Below are positions 10,458 to 17,889 of a stretch of DNA of 64,000 nucleotides, one piece after another. Both the position numbers and the translations under genes were made by a program. Under the pieces are notes generated by a model, which searched no databases, was not told where the DNA came from, and worked only from the letters and a program-made list of their open reading frames with translations. The stretch's first letter is position 1, and every line of letters begins with the position of its first letter. This DNA is from Candidatus Fimicola merdigallinarum (GTDB lineage: Bacteria; Bacillota; Clostridia; Lachnospirales; Anaerotignaceae), in NCBI GenBank assembly GCA_017694425.1, contig JADIMX010000078.1, positions 1,351 through 65,350 of the forward strand, given 5' to 3'.

Positions 10458-10904
10458 ATGGATATTAATGATGATGTAAATGATGAACTAACCTTAAATA
10501 CGGACAAGGTTCTTGTGTGTATAACAGCTCAAAGTAACTCTGTAAGGCTCATTGATAGAGCTTATGATATTTCCTCTAAAGAAAATGGGGAGCTTCATAT
10601 ACTCCACGTTTTAAGAGGGAACAATGTTTTTAACAATGACGAAACTTTAAGACTTTTACAAAGACTTTTTACATATGGCGGTGGAAAAGGTGGAATTATT
10701 CACGCTCTTTGTGATGATGATGTTTGTAAAAGTATTTCTGACTTTGTTTCAAATGAGAGTATAACAAAAATTGTTTTGGGCGAGCCTCCTTCAAATAAAG
10801 GTCAGAAAAATAAGAAAAATACCGAGAGCTTTTTCGATAGGATAATTAAATCCTTGCCGAAAAATGTTGAAGTCATTATTGTTGAAAAGGAAAATACGAA
10901 ATAA
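10458..10904 (+). CDS. Universal stress protein (Usp/KdpD-Usp-like) domain protein
   Basis: ATG at 10458 behind AAAGGAGGAG. The VLVCITAQSNSVRLIDRA...LHILHV pattern resembles Usp-like alpha/beta domains. Confidence 0.5.
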   Translation: MDINDDVNDELTLNTDKVLVCITAQSNSVRLIDRAYDISSKENGELHILHVLRGNNVFNNDETLRLLQRLFTYGGGKGGIIHALCDDDVCKSISDFVSNESITKIVLGEPPSNKGQKNKKNTESFFDRIIKSLPKNVEVIIVEKENTK

Positions 10905-11047
10905 TGACAAAATTTAATTTTTATAATATTTAAATATGATGTAATTTGTGTTATTTTCAAATTTTTGTTGCAATAACTCGGATTATATATTATCATTTGA
11001 ATTATATGTTAGTTTAAAATTTGTTTTTTAAAAGGAGAGAATTTAAA

Positions 11048-11542
11048 ATGACTTTATATCAGAATTGGATGAGCAGAGCCTTCACAAAAGAGGGTAGAAG
11101 CGTAGATGCTGTTTGGGACCAGTACCTTCCAAGAGAGCAGAGAATATATGAATACATTATAGGTGAGAAAGTTACTACACTTGAAGGTAAAGTAGCTGAG
11201 CTTGCTGCTAAATTTAATATGACAGCAGAAGAAATCGTTGCTTTCGTTGACGGTATCAACGAAGTTATTCCAGAAAGCTACGACTTAAACACTCTTGAAG
11301 AAAATTCAGATGTTAAACTTGTTATTGATTTTGAAAAACTTTTCAAAAAAATGGTTGAGTACAAAGCTGAGCATCTTTACACACTTCCACAGTGGGAAGG
11401 CATTTTTGATGCTAAGAAAAGACACGAGCTTACATTACAGCAGAAAAAATCAAGAACTATCGTAAAGGCAACTAAAGTTGGACGTAACGACCCTTGTCCT
11501 TGCGGTAGCGGTAAAAAATATAAAAAATGTTGTGGGGCGTAA
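11048..11542 (+). CDS. SEC-C metal-binding motif protein
   Basis: C-terminal [19 protein letters not shown] motif. RBS is AAAGGAGAG. Confidence 0.7.
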   Translation: MTLYQNWMSRAFTKEGRSVDAVWDQYLPREQRIYEYIIGEKVTTLEGKVAELAAKFNMTAEEIVAFVDGINEVIPESYDLNTLEENSDVKLVIDFEKLFKKMVEYKAEHLYTLPQWEGIFDAKKRHELTLQQKKSRTIVKATKVGRNDPCPCGSGKKYKKCCGA

Positions 11543-11546
11543 TTAA

Positions 11547-12599
11547 ATGAATACTATTTTGGCTAAAATAGATTATGACGACCCCGATTTAAGCCAAATT
11601 AGAAAAGCTGCCGACATTCTCAAAAGGGGAGGGTTGGTGGCTTTTCCTACAGAAACGGTTTATGGTCTTGGGGGGAATGGTCTTGATGCCCTTGCCGGTA
11701 AGAAGATATATGAGGCGAAAGGGCGACCTTCAGACAACCCTCTTATACTTCATATTTCCGATATTTCTATGCTTTCTCGTATAGTTTCTGAAATACCTAA
11801 AAAGGCTTATGCCATTATGGAAAAATTTTGGCCAGGACCTTTAACTCTTATATTCCCTAAGGCAGATATTGTGCCATACGAGATTACAGGCGGTCTTGAA
11901 ACTGTAGCGGTGAGATTTCCATCACATAAAATAGCACAGTTACTTATAAAAGAGGCCGATTTACCGATAGCTGGACCTAGTGCTAACTCATCAGGTAAGC
12001 CTAGTCCAACAAGAGCCTCCCACGTTATGTATGACCTTTCTGGTAGGATAGATATGATTCTTGACGCAGGAGCTACTGAAGTTGGTCTTGAGTCTACAAT
12101 ACTTGATATTACAAGTGAAGTGCCTGTTCTTTTAAGACCAGGGGCTATAACTAGAGAGATGATTGAGGAAGTTATAGGCAAAATAGAGGTTGACCCAGCT
12201 GTGTTTTTAAAACCAAGTAAAGACCTTGTGCCTAAAGCTCCAGGAATGAAGTATACCCATTATTCGCCTAAGGCTGATATCACTCTTGTAAGAGGAGATT
12301 TAGAAAAAGTTGTACAAAAAATAAATAGCCTTACTCTTGAAGATGAAAAAAAAGGCGTTAAGGTTGGAATAATGGCTACAACACAGACTAAGGATAAGTA
12401 CAAAAGTGGTACTGTTTTAGTTGTAGGAGATAGAGAGAAGCCTGAAACTATAGGCAGTAATCTATTTAAAATACTTAGGAAATTTGATTTTTTAGAAGTT
12501 GATGTGGTATATTCTGAAGTTTTTGACGAGTCCGGCGAAGGTGTCGCCATAATGAATAGACTTAACAAATCTGCAGGATACAAATATATAGATGTGTGA
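11547..12599 (+). CDS. tsaC: L-threonylcarbamoyladenylate synthase (Sua5/YwlC type)
   Basis: 350 aa. YrdC-domain motifs (FPTETVYGLG, KGRPSDNPLILH) plus a Sua5 C-terminal domain. Confidence 0.9.
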   Translation: MNTILAKIDYDDPDLSQIRKAADILKRGGLVAFPTETVYGLGGNGLDALAGKKIYEAKGRPSDNPLILHISDISMLSRIVSEIPKKAYAIMEKFWPGPLTLIFPKADIVPYEITGGLETVAVRFPSHKIAQLLIKEADLPIAGPSANSSGKPSPTRASHVMYDLSGRIDMILDAGATEVGLESTILDITSEVPVLLRPGAITREMIEEVIGKIEVDPAVFLKPSKDLVPKAPGMKYTHYSPKADITLVRGDLEKVVQKINSLTLEDEKKGVKVGIMATTQTKDKYKSGTVLVVGDREKPETIGSNLFKILRKFDFLEVDVVYSEVFDESGEGVAIMNRLNKSAGYKYIDV

Positions 12600-12621
12600 T
12601 TATTTGAAAGGACGTGTATTT

Positions 12622-13050
12622 ATGATAGCTTTAGGTTGTGACCACGGTGGTTTTTCTCTTATGAAAGAGGTTATTGCATACCTTGACAGCAAGGGATACG
12701 AATATAAAAATTTTGGAACATACTCAGAGGAATCTTGCGATTACCCAGACTTTGCAAAAAAAGTTGCAAATGCTGTTGTATCAGGCGAGTGTGAAAAGGG
12801 TATACTTATCTGTGGAACAGGTATAGGTATATCTATAACAGCAAACAAATTTAAAGGTATAAGATGTGCCCTTTGTGGTGACTGTTTCTCTGCTCAGGCA
12901 ACAAGAGAGCATAATGATGCAAACATTCTTGCTTTAGGCGAGAGAGTTACAGGCCCAGGACTTGCAGTAAAAATCGTTGACACATTCCTTAATACACCTT
13001 TCTCAAATGATGAAAGACACATTAGAAGAATAGAAAAAATTGAAGATTAA
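12622..13050 (+). CDS. rpiB: Ribose-5-phosphate isomerase B
   Basis: MIALGCDHGG start, ICGTGIGISI motif, and LpiB/RpiB length. Confidence 0.9.
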   Translation: MIALGCDHGGFSLMKEVIAYLDSKGYEYKNFGTYSEESCDYPDFAKKVANAVVSGECEKGILICGTGIGISITANKFKGIRCALCGDCFSAQATREHNDANILALGERVTGPGLAVKIVDTFLNTPFSNDERHIRRIEKIED

Positions 13051-13071
13051 TAAATTTACGGAGGAAGTTTT

Positions 13072-13701
13072 ATGAGTAAATTATTCGTTTCTTCACACCC
13101 ACTTATTGCACATAAGATGACTATGCTTAGAAATAAGGATACAGGTGCGAAAGAATTTCGTGAGCTTATATCAGAGGTAGCTACACTTCTTTGTTACGAG
13201 GCTACAAGAGATGTACCTCTTGGCGAGTGTGAGGTTACTACACCTATACAGACAACAAAAAGTAAAATTATAGAAACAGGCTTTGCTGTTGTGCCTATAC
13301 TTCGTGCCGGAATCGGTATGGTTGACGGTATGCTTAGCCTTATGCCAACAGCTAAAGTTGGACATATTGGTCTTTACAGAGACCCTGAAACTTTACAGCC
13401 AGTTGAATACTACTGCAAACTCCCTAGCGATATTGCAAGTAGAAAAGTATTCCTTGTTGACCCTATGCTTGCTACTGGTGGTACAGCAGAGGCTGCTATC
13501 GGTTTCTTAAAAGATAAAGGAGTAAAAGATATTACACTTTTATGTATCCTTTCTGCTCCAGAAGGTGTTGAAAAAGTACAGAACGCACACCCAGATGTGG
13601 ATATATACACAGCTGCATATGACGAAAATCCTTTAAATGACCACGGTTATATAGTTCCAGGTCTTGGCGACGCCGGTGATAGAATTTTCGGCACTAAATA
13701 A
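13072..13701 (+). CDS. upp: Uracil phosphoribosyltransferase
   Basis: 209 aa. PRPP-binding motif [13 protein letters not shown] and C-terminal [15 protein letters not shown]. Confidence 0.95.
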   Translation: MSKLFVSSHPLIAHKMTMLRNKDTGAKEFRELISEVATLLCYEATRDVPLGECEVTTPIQTTKSKIIETGFAVVPILRAGIGMVDGMLSLMPTAKVGHIGLYRDPETLQPVEYYCKLPSDIASRKVFLVDPMLATGGTAEAAIGFLKDKGVKDITLLCILSAPEGVEKVQNAHPDVDIYTAAYDENPLNDHGYIVPGLGDAGDRIFGTK

Positions 13702-13724
13702 TTGCCAAAAGGGAGAGGATTTAA

Positions 13725-14765
13725 TTGGTTCATAATTGGGTTTTATATATTGCAATTTTCGCAAGTGCTTTCGCTATAACACTTGTGACTACACCATTAG
13801 CAAAAAAAATATCCATAAAATGTGGTGCTATCGACTACCCTAAGGATAGAGGTATGCACAAAAAGCCTATGCCTCGTATGGGTGGTATAGCTATTATATT
13901 AGGTTTTATGATTTCAGTTCTTTTGCTAATTCGCTATATACCAGATATAGAAATGAAACAGTTTATCGGTTTTATGGTCGGTGCAAGTATAATAGTCGTT
14001 TTAGGTATCTTTGACGATATATACACTCTTAGAGCAAGACTTAAACTCTGTATTCAGATTATAGCAGGTCTTGTGGTGGTTTACACAGGTACAAGAATAA
14101 ATGTGGTGCTTTGGCCTTTTACAGCATACTTACAGAAGTTAAGTGGCCCTATAACTCTTATATGGATTATAGGTGTTACAAATGCTGTTAACCTTATTGA
14201 CGGTCTTGACGGACTTGCTGCAGGTGTTTCATCAATAGCATCTCTCTGCCTTATGGTATTATGTATACTTACAGGTAGCGAAACTGCCGTTGTTCTTACA
14301 GCAGCTTTAGCCGGTTCTTGCCTTGGTTTCTTACCTAGAAACTTTAATCCGGCTGAGATATTTATGGGTGACACAGGTGCTACATTCTTAGGCTTCGTTC
14401 TTGCTGTTACAAGTATTATGGGTGTATTTAAAGGATATGCTATACTTGCTGTTATAGTTAGTATGCTTTCTTTAGGCTTACCTATATTCGATACTCTCTT
14501 TGCTATGGGTAGACGATTTATACAGCATAAGCCTATTATGGAGGCTGACAGAGGTCATCTTCACCACCGACTTATAGATAGAGGCTTTTCTCAAAGACAG
14601 GCTGTTATCATACTTTACGGTATAAGTTTATGTTGTGGTATGGTTGCTATATTTATATCATTAAGGGATATAAGAACTCTTATTATAGCTATTGGTTCTA
14701 TTATTTTATTAAGTTTCTTAATATATTACTTTAATTCTTACATAAACAATAAAAAAGACGAGTAA
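13725..14765 (+). CDS. MraY-like glycosyltransferase family 4 (undecaprenyl-phosphate GlcNAc-1-P transferase, TagO/WecA type)
   Basis: TTG start behind GGGAGAGG. Polytopic membrane protein with NAVNLIDGLDGLA and PAEIFMGDTG motifs. Confidence 0.85.
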   Translation: MVHNWVLYIAIFASAFAITLVTTPLAKKISIKCGAIDYPKDRGMHKKPMPRMGGIAIILGFMISVLLLIRYIPDIEMKQFIGFMVGASIIVVLGIFDDIYTLRARLKLCIQIIAGLVVVYTGTRINVVLWPFTAYLQKLSGPITLIWIIGVTNAVNLIDGLDGLAAGVSSIASLCLMVLCILTGSETAVVLTAALAGSCLGFLPRNFNPAEIFMGDTGATFLGFVLAVTSIMGVFKGYAILAVIVSMLSLGLPIFDTLFAMGRRFIQHKPIMEADRGHLHHRLIDRGFSQRQAVIILYGISLCCGMVAIFISLRDIRTLIIAIGSIILLSFLIYYFNSYINNKKDE

Positions 14766-14767
14766 AG

Positions 14768-14796
14768 AAGAGTGCCTAAGGCACTCTTTTATTTTT
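14768..14796 (+). terminator. Rho-independent terminator
   Basis: AAGAGTGCC/GGCACTCTT stem at 14768-14788 followed by a T-run. Confidence 0.85.
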
Positions 14797-15273
14797 AGGT
14801 TTAATTTGATTTACATAACGCAAAAAAAGGAAGTTGTGTTAAAAAAGTGTAAGGAAAATTGAAATGGCTTTGTAGATGGGTTTGTGTTGGAATTAGGGAA
14901 TGGAAAACAGCTAGAAACGGGGGAGGAGTAGGCGAGATATGATTTGAGAATAAACTTGAATTTACAGAAAAGTATTTTTAGGTTTAATTTGATTTACATA
15001 ACGCAAAAAAAGGAAGTTGTGTTAAAAAAGTGTAGGATAAATTGAAATGGCTTTGTAGGTGGTTTTGTGTTGGAATTTTGGAATTGGAAACAGCTAGAAA
15101 TGAGTTGAGAAGTAGGCAATATATGACTTTAGAATAAACTTGAATTTATGTGAAAGTATCTGAGATGTAATGTCAAAGTATTTTTTGTATTAAATTAATT
15201 TAGTGCTATCACGAGTTAGGGTTAAGATTAGGCAATATATAAGTTGAAATAAACTTGAATTTATATTAAAAGT
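14791..15273. repeat. Non-coding tandem repeat, 183-bp period
   Basis: There are two near-identical units plus a degenerate, shortened third. Unit 1 (14791-14973) and unit 2 (14974-15156) both begin ATTTTTAGGTTTAATTTGATTTACATAACGCAAAAAAAGGAAGTTGTGTTAAAAAAGTGTA. A diverged third copy spans about 15180-15273 and shares ..TAGGCAATATAT..AATAAACTTGAATTTAT..AAAGTAT. No ORF on either strand. Confidence 0.85.
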
Positions 15274-15312
15274 ATGCACCGTTTCCAAGAGGTGATATTG
15301 TGGAAAAGTTTC

Positions 15313-15341
15313 AAAAAATAAAAAGGGGGATACCCCCCTTA
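15313..15341 (-). terminator. Rho-independent terminator of the dnaC-like gene
   Basis: GGGGGA-TA-CCCCCC hairpin preceded by an A-run on the + strand, which is a U-run on the - strand. Confidence 0.75.
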
Positions 15342-16346
15342 TCATTTACTCCCCGAAAATTTCTTTATAACTCGTATATCGTCGCCGAAAAACTCCATAG
15401 ATGTATAGTTTCCTATAATCCTTGAAACTATTCTATCGCTATACTGGTTGGCTATATCCTGTAAAGAAAGGTTTGTGGATATAATAACTGACTTTTTATT
15501 AAGCAGACGTGTATTTACTATATTGAAAAGCTCGGAACTTGAAAGTATAGTTGAAAACTCCGTTCCCAAGTCATCTATTATAAATAAATCAACGGATAGT
15601 ATATCGTCCATATAGTGTGACGGTATATCCTCATCACCGATACGGTTAAATCTATCTTCTTCAATAAGTTTGAAAAGCTGTGACGCTGTAACGTACATTA
15701 CAGTTTTGCCCTTATCCAAAAGTTCTTTAGCTATACAGTTACAAAGGAATGTTTTCCCTAAGCCTGTACTACCATATAAAAGAAGATTTTGGAAAGATGT
15801 ATCGAAGTTTCGTGTAAAGTTTACGCAAGTACCGAATATTCTCTGCATATTCTCACGAGGGGACATACCCATTTTTTCGTCAACCTCAGTTGAGTAATAT
15901 CTGAAATCGAAAAAGTCGAAATTCTCCACCTTTAAAGTAGGTTTTAAATTTGACTGGTCGTAGGCTTTATCCACAAGTCGCTGTTTAAAGCAAGAACACT
16001 CTTTTCCGTCAACAATGCCTGTATCGTGGCACTTCTCACAATTATAAGACATTTCAAGGTAATTTTTAGGTATATTGTTATCTTCAAGTATTGAATTTTT
16101 TTCAGCCTTAAGACTTGCCACATTCTCCCTAAGTCTTCTTGCTTTCTCCTCGAAATCCTGTGGTTTCTCAAGCAAAAGCCTTGCAAGTCGAACCCCCGTA
16201 AGGTTAAGCTCTCTATCTATATCGGCAACTCGTGGAAACTTTGAGTACACTTCAGTCTGTTTATCCCTAAGTTTTGAGGCATTATCGTTTCGTATTCTCT
16301 CGTAGTCCCTAAGGACTTCCCTGTAAATATCGCTTTTCTTTGACAT
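15342..16346 (-). CDS. DnaC/DnaI-like replicative helicase loader ATPase
   Basis: Walker A GSTGLGKTF and Walker B LFIIDDLG. N-terminal zinc-ribbon-like CEKCHDTG..CSC. Co-oriented directly downstream of a DnaD-domain gene. Confidence 0.8.
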   Translation of the reverse strand: MSKKSDIYREVLRDYERIRNDNASKLRDKQTEVYSKFPRVADIDRELNLTGVRLARLLLEKPQDFEEKARRLRENVASLKAEKNSILEDNNIPKNYLEMSYNCEKCHDTGIVDGKECSCFKQRLVDKAYDQSNLKPTLKVENFDFFDFRYYSTEVDEKMGMSPRENMQRIFGTCVNFTRNFDTSFQNLLLYGSTGLGKTFLCNCIAKELLDKGKTVMYVTASQLFKLIEEDRFNRIGDEDIPSHYMDDILSVDLFIIDDLGTEFSTILSSSELFNIVNTRLLNKKSVIISTNLSLQDIANQYSDRIVSRIIGNYTSMEFFGDDIRVIKKFSGSK

Positions 16347-16373
16347 ATATATTCACTTCCTTTTTTAAGAATA

Positions 16374-17450
16374 TCACTCGTTTTTATTATCTCTATCACT
16401 AACACTAGAACTAGAATTAGTTTTGACCTGATTATCTATATACCCCTGTTCCAGCTTTCTTATTCTGTCAAAGTCCCAATTACGCTGGGTATAGTTGACA
16501 AATCTATTCTTTTTAACTGGTGCAGGTTGTGTGTTCTGCTGTACCTGTGGTTTTGGGCTTGGCGAACTATTTTCAACAGCCTTTGATTGTTTATACTCAT
16601 TATCGATACGTTCGATATCGGCCCTAGTCTTAACACTTTTGCTGTACCACCCCGATAAAATCTTATCTGCATATGAAAAACTAGGCTTGCCCGTAGCCAT
16701 AATAGTTTTTTCACAGGCTACTTTTATTATATCTACTGTCATATTGTAATCTTTAATCCATTTGTTGATAAACTTTTCTTCCGTAGGCGTAGGCGTTCTG
16801 CCCATTATCCCCATAGCTCTAAGAATGTCTTTGTAATCCTTATTGTGAAGCTGTATATACTCTGATGCCTTATTGGGTGTGTCGATTCCTTTTTCTGCCC
16901 AGTCCAAAGCCACAGCCTCAATGTATTTTAAAGAGTAGTGGTTATTGTCGGTACAGTATACAAAAAGAACCTCTATAACATCTAGGGGAAGTCGTAACCA
17001 GTCGTATATACCAAGTATAATGCTTAAATCGTTTTGGGATAGCATTTTACCTAAATGCCCTTGAGCCATAGAGAAAAGTGTTTTTATATTTTCGTTGGTT
17101 TTTGAAAATACGCTTATCTCCTCCGGCGAATACTCAGGTCGGCTTTTTATTATAACCGGTCTATTTTCTGTATTCCTTTTTATAGGAACAAACTCCTTAA
17201 TTTTTACGGAAAAAGGGTTTTCGCTATATTCGATTAATCCCTCTGACGCAAAGTATTTCCAAGCAGAGGTTACGTCGGAAAGAGGTAGACGCAAGGCATT
17301 AGCCACATTTTCGTTTGTAACACTTTCCCCACCGGCTATTATACGACAAGCATATATATATACAAGACAGTATACATAAGGTGCTTTATTAAAGTAGGTA
17401 TCTATAAAGCTGTTGGCTATATTTGTTGTACCACCCTGTATTTTAAACAT
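16374..17450 (-). CDS. DnaD-domain replication initiation / helicase-loading protein (DnaB/DnaD-like)
   Basis: Trimmed to MFKIQGG (ATG at 17450) behind an AAGGAG RBS. The DnaD-like C-terminal repeat pattern is present (YIEAVALDWAEKGI..., ADKILSGWYSKSVKT). Confidence 0.75.
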   Translation of the reverse strand: MFKIQGGTTNIANSFIDTYFNKAPYVYCLVYIYACRIIAGGESVTNENVANALRLPLSDVTSAWKYFASEGLIEYSENPFSVKIKEFVPIKRNTENRPVIIKSRPEYSPEEISVFSKTNENIKTLFSMAQGHLGKMLSQNDLSIILGIYDWLRLPLDVIEVLFVYCTDNNHYSLKYIEAVALDWAEKGIDTPNKASEYIQLHNKDYKDILRAMGIMGRTPTPTEEKFINKWIKDYNMTVDIIKVACEKTIMATGKPSFSYADKILSGWYSKSVKTRADIERIDNEYKQSKAVENSSPSPKPQVQQNTQPAPVKKNRFVNYTQRNWDFDRIRKLEQGYIDNQVKTNSSSSVSDRDNKNE

Positions 17451-17493
17451 AAAAATAATCTCCTTATTATATTGTAATAAAACTATACTTATA

Positions 17494-17522
17494 ATTGTAA
17501 ATAGATAATGGGATTTTATCAA
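17494..17522 (-). promoter_or_regulatory. Putative sigma-A promoter of the dnaD-like/dnaC-like operon
   Basis: On the - strand: TTGATA (17517-17522), a 17-nt spacer, then TACAAT (17494-17499). This lies about 45 nt upstream of the ATG. Confidence 0.45.
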
Positions 17523-17535
17523 GATAGAGTTTAAA

Positions 17536-17610
17536 TGTGGATAAATATGTGGATAACGTGGACAAGTCCTGTGGACAGCAAGGTAAAAACTGTGACATTT
17601 TTGTGGATTA
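17536..17610 (-). promoter_or_regulatory. Cluster of five same-orientation DnaA-box-like 9-mers
   Basis: On the + strand, TGTGGATAA occurs at 17536-17544 and 17548-17556. These are two perfect complements of TTATCCACA. One-mismatch copies are CGTGGACAA (17557-17565, two mismatches), TGTGGACAG (17570-17578, two mismatches) and TGTGGATTA (17602-17610). Confidence 0.6.
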
Positions 17611-17776
17611 GCCGAGTTACTTTACAAAAATATTACAAGATAAGTAAAACTGTTGAAATTTTTAAAGGGTGGGGGTATAATGTTTTCAGCATAAAGGAAT
17701 TGGTTAGTGTTGGCTTTAGCAATATTTACTGTGTGTAATCAAATATTACAGTAATGTTACACTTTGTTAAAAATAG

Positions 17777-17806
17777 TTGACCTAATTGCAGTTTGGGTGC
17801 TATAAT
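17777..17806 (+). promoter_or_regulatory. Putative strong sigma-A promoter of the S-layer-like gene
   Basis: TTGACC (17777-17782), an 18-nt spacer, then TGcTATAAT (extended -10, TATAAT at 17801-17806). An approximately 80-nt leader follows, with a TTTGTA..TGAGT / ACTCATACAAA hairpin. Confidence 0.5.
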
Positions 17807-17889
17807 GCAGTTTGTAAATGAGTATGTATGCCGGAAGCAAACTCATACAAAATAATAAGTTTTTTTAATTTAAGAGGAGGAAATATAAA

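Noticed and set aside
14791-15273. The tandem repeat might be a CRISPR array.
   Set aside because: The 183-bp period with fully homologous units has no alternating short repeat and unique spacer structure. There are no palindromic 25-40-bp repeats and no cas genes.
17536-17610. The DnaA-box cluster could mark the chromosomal origin (oriC).
   Set aside because: No dnaA, dnaN or rpmH genes lie nearby. There is no switch in gene-strand bias across the site, since genes on both sides are predominantly on +. No obvious adjacent AT-rich 13-mer/DUE array is present. A regulatory or titration cluster is more parsimonious.
17535-17738. A 67-aa ORF (MWINMWITW...) in the dnaD/S-layer intergenic region.
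   Set aside because: It has no RBS. Its reading frame is created by the DnaA-box repeats themselves (TGTGGATAA gives W-I). The composition is not protein-like.
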